47,396 nt of DNA from Pseudonocardiales bacterium (GTDB lineage: Bacteria > Actinomycetota > Actinomycetes > Mycobacteriales > Jatrophihabitantaceae). This document shows positions 40,289 to 47,396 of the stretch, piece after piece (position 1 is the first letter of the stretch; each line of letters begins with the position of its first letter). Below the pieces are notes generated by a model. That model was not told where the DNA came from. It saw only the letters and a list, made by a program, of their open reading frames with translations, and ran no database searches. The stretch spans positions 1-47,396 of the forward strand of contig JAYTRE010000305.1 in NCBI GenBank assembly GCA_043746395.1, given 5' to 3'. The position numbers and the translations under genes are program-made.

Positions 40289-40333
40289 CGTAACCCCCAG
40301 GGCGCGGCGGCCCGTCCCGGTACCCTGATCGCC

Positions 40334-42178
40334 ATGTGCGGAATCGTCGGATACGTCGGAGGCCGCGATGCCCTCGACGTGGTGGTCGAGGGTTTGCGCC
40401 GGCTCGAATACCGCGGCTACGACTCGGCCGGCGTCGCGATCCTCGACGGCGGCGAGCTGCAGATCGCCAAGCGAGCCGGCCGGATCGAGAACCTGGACAA
40501 GGAACTGGCCACCCGCACCATCACCGGCACCGCCGGCATGGGGCACACCCGCTGGGCCACCCACGGGGCGCCGACCGACCGCAATGCGCACCCGCACGCC
40601 AGCGCCTCCGGCCGGGTCGCCGTCGTGCACAACGGGATCATCGAGAACTTTGCGGCGCTGCGCGCCGAGCTCGAAGGCGCGGGCGTGGAGTTCGTCAGCG
40701 AGACCGACACCGAGACGGTGGCGCACCTGGTCGCCGCCGAGCTGGCGGCTGATGGCACTTCGCTGGCCGATGCGGTGCGCGCCGTGTGCCGCCGCCTGCA
40801 GGGCGCGTTCACGCTGGTCCTGCTCGACGCCGACCAGCCTGACGTCCTGGTCGCCGCGCGGCGCAGCTCACCACTAGTCGTCGGCGTGGGCGACGGGGAG
40901 ATGTTCGTGGGCAGCGACGTAGCCGCGTTCATCGAGTTCACCCGGGACGCGATCGAGCTGGGCCAGGACCAGGTCGTCGAGATCCGGCGGGACAGCTACA
41001 CGATCACCGGTTTCGACGGCTCGCCCGTCGCCGGCCGGCCGTTCCGCATCGACTGGGACCTCGCTGCCGCCGAGAAGGGCGGCTACGAGTACTTCATGCT
41101 AAAGGAGATCGAGGAACAGCCCGCCGCGGTTGCAGACACGCTGCTCGGGCACTTCGTCGACGGCGAGGTGCGCCTGGACGAAGAGCGCCTGGACCGCCAG
41201 GAACTGCGCGATGTCGACAAGGTCTTCGTCGTGGCCTGCGGTTCGGCCTACCACGCCGGCCTCATCGCCAAGCAGGCCATCGAACACTGGACCCGGATCC
41301 CGGTAGAGGTGGAGATTGCCTCGGAGTTCCGCTATCGCGATCCGGTGCTCGACCGGCAGACGCTCGTCGTCGCGATCAGCCAATCCGGGGAGACTGCCGA
41401 CACGCTGGAGGCCGTGCGCCACGCGCGCCAGCAGCAGGCCCGAGTACTGGCGATCTGCAACACGAACGGCGCGCAGATCCCGCGCGAATCCGACGCCGTG
41501 CTCTACACGCACGCCGGCCCGGAGATCGGCGTGGCTGCCACCAAGACCTTCCTGGCCCAGGTGGCGGCCGCGGAGCTGGTCGGGCTCGCGCTCGCCCAGG
41601 CCCGCGGCACCAAGTACCGCGACGAGATCGTGCGCGAGTACGAGGCCATGGTGGCGATGCCCTCGCAGATCGAGGCAGCGCTGCTCGTCGCGGACCAGGT
41701 AGGCGCGCTGGCTCGCGAGATCGCGTCCGCCAGAGCAGTGCTGTTCGTGGGGCGGCACGTCGGATACCCCGTCGCGCTGGAGGGCGCGCTCAAGCTCAAG
41801 GAGCTGGCCTACATGCACGCCGAGGGCTTTCCTGCCGGCGAGCTGAAGCACGGGCCAATCGCGCTCATCGAGGAGGGCATGCCGGTCGTCGTTGTGATGC
41901 CGTCGCCGACAGGGCGCCCCGTCCTGCACCAGAAAATGCTCAGCAACATCGCCGAGGTCAGGGCCCGCGGTGCGCGCACGATTGTCGTCGCCGAGGTGGG
42001 CGATGCGGCGGCGCGCGAACACGCCACCGACCTCATCGAAGTGCCCGCCGTGCCTACCCTGCTGGCCCCGTTCGTCACCACGGTGCCGCTGCAGATCCTC
42101 GCCGCGGAGATCGCTCGCGCCCGCGGCTTCGACATCGACAAACCCCGCAACCTCGCGAAGTCCGTCACCGTCGAGTAG
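40334..42178 (+). CDS. glmS: Glutamine--fructose-6-phosphate aminotransferase
   Basis: 614 aa, MCGIVGYVG (Cys2 nucleophile), two SIS domains, C-terminal KPRNLAKSVTVE. Confidence 0.98.
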   Translation: MCGIVGYVGGRDALDVVVEGLRRLEYRGYDSAGVAILDGGELQIAKRAGRIENLDKELATRTITGTAGMGHTRWATHGAPTDRNAHPHASASGRVAVVHNGIIENFAALRAELEGAGVEFVSETDTETVAHLVAAELAADGTSLADAVRAVCRRLQGAFTLVLLDADQPDVLVAARRSSPLVVGVGDGEMFVGSDVAAFIEFTRDAIELGQDQVVEIRRDSYTITGFDGSPVAGRPFRIDWDLAAAEKGGYEYFMLKEIEEQPAAVADTLLGHFVDGEVRLDEERLDRQELRDVDKVFVVACGSAYHAGLIAKQAIEHWTRIPVEVEIASEFRYRDPVLDRQTLVVAISQSGETADTLEAVRHARQQQARVLAICNTNGAQIPRESDAVLYTHAGPEIGVAATKTFLAQVAAAELVGLALAQARGTKYRDEIVREYEAMVAMPSQIEAALLVADQVGALAREIASARAVLFVGRHVGYPVALEGALKLKELAYMHAEGFPAGELKHGPIALIEEGMPVVVVMPSPTGRPVLHQKMLSNIAEVRARGARTIVVAEVGDAAAREHATDLIEVPAVPTLLAPFVTTVPLQILAAEIARARGFDIDKPRNLAKSVTVE

Positions 42179-42238
42179 CCGCATCCCACGCGGCGCGAGG
42201 GGCGCGGCGGCGCGGCCCGGTGGGTAGGCTCACGGGCT

Positions 42239-43264
42239 GTGACCGACGCCGCTGCCCCCACCTCGGTCGACCTGCTGATCGTCGGTGCCGGACCGGTGGG
42301 CCTGTTCGGTGCCTACTACGCCGGGGTGCGGACCCTGTCCACGGCGATCCTCGACTCCCTCGAGGAGCCAGGCGGCCAGATCACGGCGATGTACCCGGAG
42401 AAGGCGATCTTCGACGTCGCCGGCTTCCCTGCGATTCGTGGCCGAGAACTCGTCGAGCAACTCGTCGCCCAGGCCGCGCCACACCATCCGCAGTACCTGC
42501 TCGGGCACCAGGCGGTCGGCCTCGAGCGTGGCGACGGCGACCCCAGCCCGTTTGCCGTCACGACCTCGGCGGGCCTGCGCATCGAGTGCCGCGCCATAGT
42601 GATCACAGGCGGCATCGGCACCTTCACCCCGCGCCCGCTGCCCACCGGCGGCGAGTACCTCGGCCGCGGGCTGGTGCACTTCGTCCCCGACCCGTCGAAG
42701 TACGAGGGTCAGCACGTGGTGGTCGTCGGCGGTGGGGACTCCGCCCTGGACTGGGCGCTGATGCTTGAGCCGATCGCGAAGTCGGTGACGATCATCCATC
42801 GCCGCGCACAGTTCCGCGCCCACCCGCACTCCGTCGAGCTGTTGAAGGCCTCGACGGTCACGATGCTGACCGACGCGCAGGTGTGCGGTGTGCGCGGCGA
42901 TCCGGCGGTCAGCGAGGTGGACGTCGACGTGGCCGGCGCAGTGCGCACGCTGCCCTGCGAGAAGCTCGTCGCCGCGCTCGGCTTCACCGCGAACCTCGGA
43001 CCGCTGCTCGAGTGGGGGATCGAGATCAGCAAGCGCAGCATCGTGGTGGACTCGATGGGACGCACGACGGTGGCCGGCGTCTATGCCGCCGGCGACATCG
43101 TCGACTACCAAGGCAAGGTCAAGCTCATCGCCACGGGCTTCGGCGAGGTGGCGACCGCGGTGAACAACGCGGCGGCCTACCTGAACCCCGACGTCTCCGC
43201 CTTCCCCGGGCATCTGTCCGACTACGCGCCCGCGCCCGGTGCGGGCGCCTCGCCGACCGCGTGA
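42239..43264 (+). CDS. Thioredoxin-reductase-like ferredoxin--NADP(+) reductase (YumC type)
   Basis: GTG start, 341 aa. FAD motif is [18 protein letters not shown] and the NADPH motif is [14 protein letters not shown]; also YAAGDIV. Confidence 0.85.
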   Translation: MTDAAAPTSVDLLIVGAGPVGLFGAYYAGVRTLSTAILDSLEEPGGQITAMYPEKAIFDVAGFPAIRGRELVEQLVAQAAPHHPQYLLGHQAVGLERGDGDPSPFAVTTSAGLRIECRAIVITGGIGTFTPRPLPTGGEYLGRGLVHFVPDPSKYEGQHVVVVGGGDSALDWALMLEPIAKSVTIIHRRAQFRAHPHSVELLKASTVTMLTDAQVCGVRGDPAVSEVDVDVAGAVRTLPCEKLVAALGFTANLGPLLEWGIEISKRSIVVDSMGRTTVAGVYAAGDIVDYQGKVKLIATGFGEVATAVNNAAAYLNPDVSAFPGHLSDYAPAPGAGASPTA

Positions 43265-43274
43265 CCAGCACCGC

Positions 43275-43646
43275 ATGATCGTCGGGGTCGGGATCGACGT
43301 GGTGCCGATCGCCCGCTTCGCCGAAGCCCTCCAGCGCACGCCGTCGCTGGCCGAGCGCCTGTTCACCCCGGCGGAGCGGCTCACCGAGTCCGGCGCGCCG
43401 CGTTCGGCGGAGTCGCTCGCCGCGCGCTTTGCCGCCAAGGAAGCGCTGGCCAAGGCCCTCGGTGCCGGCGGCGGCATGCGGTGGACCGACGCCGAGGTGC
43501 ACACCGACCGCACCGGACGCCCTTCGCTGTCCGTCTCGGGCACCGTCGCCGCCCGCGCCGCCCGCCTCGGGGTCCGGCACTGGCACGTCTCGCTTTCCCA
43601 CGACGGCGGGGTCGCCGCCGCGACCGTCATTGCCGAAGGAGACTGA
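43275..43646 (+). CDS. acpS: Holo-[acyl-carrier-protein] synthase
   Basis: ATG at 43275, 123 aa, [15 protein letters not shown]...[16 protein letters not shown]...SLSHDGG. Confidence 0.93.
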   Translation: MIVGVGIDVVPIARFAEALQRTPSLAERLFTPAERLTESGAPRSAESLAARFAAKEALAKALGAGGGMRWTDAEVHTDRTGRPSLSVSGTVAARAARLGVRHWHVSLSHDGGVAAATVIAEGD

Positions 43647-43648
43647 GC

Positions 43649-45091
43649 GTGCAGGGGGTCTACTCGGTCGCGCAGGTGCGGGCCGCGGAGGCGGCGCTCA
43701 TGGCGCGCCAACCCGACGGGCAGCTCATGCAACAGGCCGCCCAGGCGCTATCCGGACACTGCGCGCAACTGCTCGGCCGCTCGTACGGGGCACGCGTGGT
43801 GCTGCTCGTCGGCGCCGGCAACAACGGCGGTGACGCCCTGTTCGCCGGCGCCGAGCTTGCCCGGCGGGGCGCGCAGGTCACCGCGCTGCTGCTCGACCCC
43901 CAGCGCGCCCACGCCGCCGCCCTGGCGGCATTTCGCCGAAGCGGTGGCTGCATCGGCAGCGCGGTTGCGGCCTCGGTCTCCGGCGCCGACCTGATCGTCG
44001 ACGGCATCGTCGGCATCGGCGGGCGTGCCGGCCTGCACGGCAGGGCCGCCGAGCTCGCGGAGCTGGCCGGGCTTGCCGCTGCGACCGGTGCTGCCGTGAC
44101 GGTGGCCGTCGACATCCCGTCCGGCGTGGATGCCGACACCGGGGCGGCCGGCGCGAGCGCGATCCGCGCCGACGTCACGGTCACCTTCGGCGCCCTCAAG
44201 CCCGGTGTCGTGGTGGGTGCCGGTGCCGACCTGGCCGGTGAGGTGCGGCTCGTCGACCTCGGCTTGGGCGCCCACCTGCCGCCGGCGCGTACCAGCGTGC
44301 TCGAAGCCACCGATGTCGCCTCGCTGCTCCCCCAACCCGACGCCAGCGACGACAAGTACACCCGCGGCCTCGTCGGCGTGGTCGCCGGTTCCCCGGAGTA
44401 TCCCGGAGCTGGCGTGCTGGCCACCGGCGCCGCCCTGCACGGCGGTGCCGGGATGGTGCGCTACCTCGGCCTCGCTCCGGACCCGGTGTGCGCGCGGTAC
44501 CCGGAGGTGGTTGCCCACGCCGACACCCGCCCGCACGACGTCCGGGTGCAGGCCTGGGTGATCGGCCCCGGCCTGGGCACCGACGGCGCGGCGACTAGCC
44601 TGCTGGCCGACGTGCTGCGCAGCGACGTGCCAGTAGTCGTCGACGCCGACGCGATCACGCTGGTGGCGCGCTCACCCGGGCTGCTGCGCGGCCGCACGGC
44701 GCCGACCGTCCTCACCCCCCATGACCGGGAGTTCGCGCGGATCGCCGGCGAGCCCGGCAGCGATCGGCTCGCCGCGGTGCGGGCGGCGGCCGCCGAGCTC
44801 GGTGTGACCATCCTTCTCAAGGGCAACGCGACCGTGATCGCCGACGTCGACGGCTCGGCGTTCGTCAACCCGACCGGCACCCCATGGCTTGCCACGGCGG
44901 GCAGCGGCGACGTGCTGAGCGGGCTGCTCGGCTCGCTTCTCGCCAGCGGCCTGGCCGCACCGCTCGCCGCAGCTACCGCCAGCTACGTGCACGGCGTCGC
45001 CGGGCAACGCGCTGCCGCGGCGGGACCACCCACCGCCCAGGACGTCCTGGGTGCCCTGCGCGCGAGCTGGCACGCGATCACTGTCGGCTGA
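43649..45091 (+). CDS. nnr: Bifunctional NAD(P)H-hydrate repair enzyme (epimerase / ADP-dependent dehydratase)
   Basis: GTG at 43649, 480 aa. The YjeF_N part contains VGAGNNGGDALFAG. The C-terminal kinase-like part contains KYTRGLVGVVAGS...GSGDVLSG. Confidence 0.9.
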   Translation: MQGVYSVAQVRAAEAALMARQPDGQLMQQAAQALSGHCAQLLGRSYGARVVLLVGAGNNGGDALFAGAELARRGAQVTALLLDPQRAHAAALAAFRRSGGCIGSAVAASVSGADLIVDGIVGIGGRAGLHGRAAELAELAGLAAATGAAVTVAVDIPSGVDADTGAAGASAIRADVTVTFGALKPGVVVGAGADLAGEVRLVDLGLGAHLPPARTSVLEATDVASLLPQPDASDDKYTRGLVGVVAGSPEYPGAGVLATGAALHGGAGMVRYLGLAPDPVCARYPEVVAHADTRPHDVRVQAWVIGPGLGTDGAATSLLADVLRSDVPVVVDADAITLVARSPGLLRGRTAPTVLTPHDREFARIAGEPGSDRLAAVRAAAAELGVTILLKGNATVIADVDGSAFVNPTGTPWLATAGSGDVLSGLLGSLLASGLAAPLAAATASYVHGVAGQRAAAAGPPTAQDVLGALRASWHAITVG

Positions 45092-45140
45092 GCGCGCCGT
45101 GGTTCTCGGGGCGATCGGCGGGGTTTGAGAGACTGGCGAC

Positions 45141-46265
45141 GTGCCGCGCACCGAAGCTGTCGTCGATCTCGCCGCGATCCGCCACAACGTGGCGACGCTG
45201 AAGGCGAGCACTCCCGCTGAGGTGATGGCGGTGGTGAAGGCCGACGGGTACGGCCACGGGCTGCTGCCCTCGGCCCGGGCCGCCGTGGCAGGGGGAGCCA
45301 CGTGGCTAGGTACCGCGATCGTCGACGAGGCGCTGACGCTGCGCGCGGCGGGCATCGCGGCGCCGCTGCTGGCGTGGCTGTGGACGCCCGGGGAGCAGGA
45401 CGCGGTCCGCTCCGCGCTCGGTGCCGACGTCGACCTGTCGGTGTCCTCCGGATGGCAGCTCGACGCCGTGGCGCGCGCTGCCCGCGAGCTCGGCATCCCT
45501 GCGCGCATCCATCTCAAGATCGACACCGGGTTGGCGCGCAACGGCAGCTACGGCGACGACTGGCCCGAACTGGTCGCCGCCGCGGCGCGGCTGCAGTCCT
45601 CCGGCGAGGTCCAGGTCATCGGGATCTGGAGCCACTTTGTCTACGCCGACGAGCCGGGCCACCCGACCACGGGCCGCCAGGTGGCCGCGTTCCGGCACGG
45701 GTTGGACGTCGCGCAGCGGGCCGGGCTCGAGCCGCAGGTTCGGCACCTGGCCAACTCCGCGGCCACCGTCACGCTGCCCGAGGCGCACTTCGACCTGGTG
45801 CGGCCCGGGGTGGCCGTCTACGGCCTGTCGCCCGTGCCCGCGCGCGGCGACTTCGGGTTGGTCCCGGCGATGACGGTCCGGGCCGACGTGGCGCTGGTCA
45901 AGCGCGTCCCGGCCGGGCAGGGCGTCTCCTACGGCCACGCCTACACGACCGCGCGGGAGACGACGCTGGCGCTGGTGCCGCTCGGGTATGCCGACGGGGT
46001 ACCGCGGGCGGCGACGAACGTGGGCCCGGTGTCGATCCGCGGCACCCGGTTCACGATCAGTGGCCGCGTGTGCATGGATCAGTTCGTGGTCGACGTCGGC
46101 GACCTGCCGGTCGTGGCCGGCGACACCGTGGTGCTGTTCGGGTCGGGCCGCGACGGCGAGCCGCTCGCTCAGGACTGGGCCGAGGCCACCGCCACGATCC
46201 ACTACGAGATCATCACCCGGCTCGGGCCGCGGGTGACACGCAGCTACTCGGACGGCCCGGCATGA
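45141..46265 (+). CDS. alr: Alanine racemase
   Basis: 374 aa. PLP-lysine motif AVVKADGYGHG; also HLKIDTGLARNG, VSYGH and RVCMDQFVVD. Confidence 0.96.
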   Translation: MPRTEAVVDLAAIRHNVATLKASTPAEVMAVVKADGYGHGLLPSARAAVAGGATWLGTAIVDEALTLRAAGIAAPLLAWLWTPGEQDAVRSALGADVDLSVSSGWQLDAVARAARELGIPARIHLKIDTGLARNGSYGDDWPELVAAAARLQSSGEVQVIGIWSHFVYADEPGHPTTGRQVAAFRHGLDVAQRAGLEPQVRHLANSAATVTLPEAHFDLVRPGVAVYGLSPVPARGDFGLVPAMTVRADVALVKRVPAGQGVSYGHAYTTARETTLALVPLGYADGVPRAATNVGPVSIRGTRFTISGRVCMDQFVVDVGDLPVVAGDTVVLFGSGRDGEPLAQDWAEATATIHYEIITRLGPRVTRSYSDGPA

Positions 46266-46290
46266 TCGCGGCCCAGCCTGGCGTCAGGCC

Positions 46291-46836
46291 GTGTCGAGCG
46301 TGAGCGGTCCGCGGCTGGGCCCCGGCCGCCCGGCCGGGCCGGGCATCCCGTTGACGGCCGAGCAGCGCACGGCCCTGTCCGGGCCGGTCGTCGTGCTGCC
46401 GACCGCCGCGGACACCCGGGCGTTCGGGGCCCGCCTCGCCGCCGTCCTGCGGCCGGGTGACCTGATCATCCTCACCGGACCGTTGGGCGCCGGGAAGACC
46501 GCGCTGGTGCAGGGCATCGGCGCCGGGCTTGGGGTGCAGGGTCAGGTGGTGTCGCCGACGTTCGTGATCGCCCGCGTGCACCCCGGCGCGGTGCCGCTCG
46601 TGCACGTCGACGCCTACCGGCTGGCGTCGGTGGCCGAGGTCGACGATCTGGACCTCGACGTGGACACCGAGGCCGTCGTCACCGCGGTCGAGTGGGGTGC
46701 GGGTGTCGCAGAGCAGCTCGCCGACACGCGCCTGGAGATCGCCATCGCGCGCGTCCCCGACTCGGAGGAGCGCACGGCCCGGCTCCTGCCGCACGGCGGG
46801 GACTGGGCGACGCGGATCGCGCCGCTGGGCGCATAG
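46291..46836 (+). CDS. tsaE: tRNA t6A37 biosynthesis ATPase TsaE
   Basis: 181 aa. P-loop LTGPLGAGKTALVQGI; also SPTFVI, HVDAYRL, and a conserved position after alr. Confidence 0.9.
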   Translation: MSSVSGPRLGPGRPAGPGIPLTAEQRTALSGPVVVLPTAADTRAFGARLAAVLRPGDLIILTGPLGAGKTALVQGIGAGLGVQGQVVSPTFVIARVHPGAVPLVHVDAYRLASVAEVDDLDLDVDTEAVVTAVEWGAGVAEQLADTRLEIAIARVPDSEERTARLLPHGGDWATRIAPLGA

Positions 46837-46848
46837 GCTGCCGCAACC

Positions 46849-47396
46849 GTGCTCGTCCTCGCCATCGACACCTCATCGGCCGCCGTGATCGCGGCCGTCG
46901 TCGACGTGTCGGCTGACGACGTGATCGTGCGGGCCGAGCGCACCACCGTCAGCCCACGCGGACACGGCGAGCTGCTCACGCCCTCCATCTCCGCCTGCCT
47001 GGCTGAGGTGGGGCAGGCCCCTGCCGCGCTGTCCGCCGTGGTCGCCGGCGTGGGACCCGGGCCGTTCACGGGACTGCGCGTCGGGCTCGTCACCGCGGCG
47101 GTGCTGGCCGACGCCCTCTCCATCCCGGCCTACGGCGTCTGCTCGCTCGACGCGATCGCCCCGTCGGCGCGGGCCGGCGGCGAGCTCCTCGTCGTCACCG
47201 ACGCCCGTCGCAAGGAGGTCTACTGGGCCCGCTACGACCCCGCACGCAGTCGGGTCGACGGACCGCACGTGTCACGCCCGGACCAAGTGCCGACGGCCGG
47301 GGTCCGCGGCATGGCCGGGGCGGGCGCGCGGCAGTACCAGGCGGACCTCGGTCTGCCCCTGCTCGGCGGCGACTACCCCGGCGCCGCTGACCTGGT
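46849..47396 (+). CDS. tsaB: tRNA t6A37 biosynthesis protein TsaB (3' end outside window)
   Basis: GTG at 46849 opens a frame that runs to the window end: VLVLAIDTSSAAVIAAVV...GVGPGPFTGLRVGLVTAAVLADALSIPAYGV...DARRKEVYWARY. It is absent from the ORF track because no stop is reached. Confidence 0.88.
   Translation, partial: MLVLAIDTSSAAVIAAVVDVSADDVIVRAERTTVSPRGHGELLTPSISACLAEVGQAPAALSAVVAGVGPGPFTGLRVGLVTAAVLADALSIPAYGVCSLDAIAPSARAGGELLVVTDARRKEVYWARYDPARSRVDGPHVSRPDQVPTAGVRGMAGAGARQYQADLGLPLLGGDYPGAADL

Noticed and set aside
40289-40333. Possible glmS ribozyme or riboswitch upstream of glmS
   Set aside because: Only about 45 nt separate the preceding stop from the glmS ATG, far too short for the ribozyme of about 170 nt. 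To my knowledge this element is characteristic of Firmicutes rather than Actinobacteria.
40300-42211. Shared 12-mer GGGCGCGGCGGC just upstream (40300-40311) and just downstream (42200-42211) of glmS, as possible flanking direct repeats
   Set aside because: It is a short, pure G/C motif in a roughly 70% GC genome and could easily recur by chance. There is no extended similarity around it and glmS is a core gene.

Overview
High-GC actinobacterial chromosome segment. Its backbone is the conserved translation superoperon: tuf 3' end, S10 operon (rpsJ to rpsQ), spc operon (rplN to rplO, secY, adk, map), infA-rpmJ, alpha operon (rpsM, rpsK, rpsD, rpoA, rplQ) and truA. Further on come rplM-rpsI-glmM, then glmS, an FNR-like reductase, acpS, nnr, alr, tsaE and the start of tsaB. 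Two variable slots interrupt this core. Slot 1 (about 18.7-26.0 kb, truA to rplM) holds a TetR-like gene colliding head-on with a fatty-acid-hydroxylase gene. It also holds a minus-strand string (FAD-linked oxidase, YhhN, YdeN-like hydrolase, channel-like membrane protein), an ABC-F ATPase and a decayed sortase-like ORF. Slot 2 (about 28.25-40.3 kb, between glmM and glmS) is the most interesting part. It begins with a truncated ISAs1-family transposase fragment and a visibly AT-richer junction. It encodes a HasA/NodC-like processive GT2 synthase, translationally coupled to a doubly membrane-anchored beta-helix protein, then a beta-helix lipoprotein, a UDP-glucose 6-dehydrogenase and an HNH-like lipoprotein. 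On the opposite strand are a secreted PL14-like polysaccharide lyase with a tandem-repeat coiled coil, a small coupled ORF, a frameshifted lipoprotein pseudogene and a GMC oxidoreductase. I read slot 2 as a candidate, apparently uncharacterised, uronic-acid/hexosamine exopolysaccharide synthesis, modification and turnover system sitting between the two UDP-GlcNAc precursor genes. Smaller observations: a 20-nt-phased array of TCGAGTGACG motifs at the rplQ-truA junction, a 150-aa repeat-bearing tail on ribosomal protein S3, and several in-frame or frameshifting tandem repeats. I recognised no rRNA, tRNA or CRISPR array. All calls come from reading the translations and sequence by eye; no database search was run.
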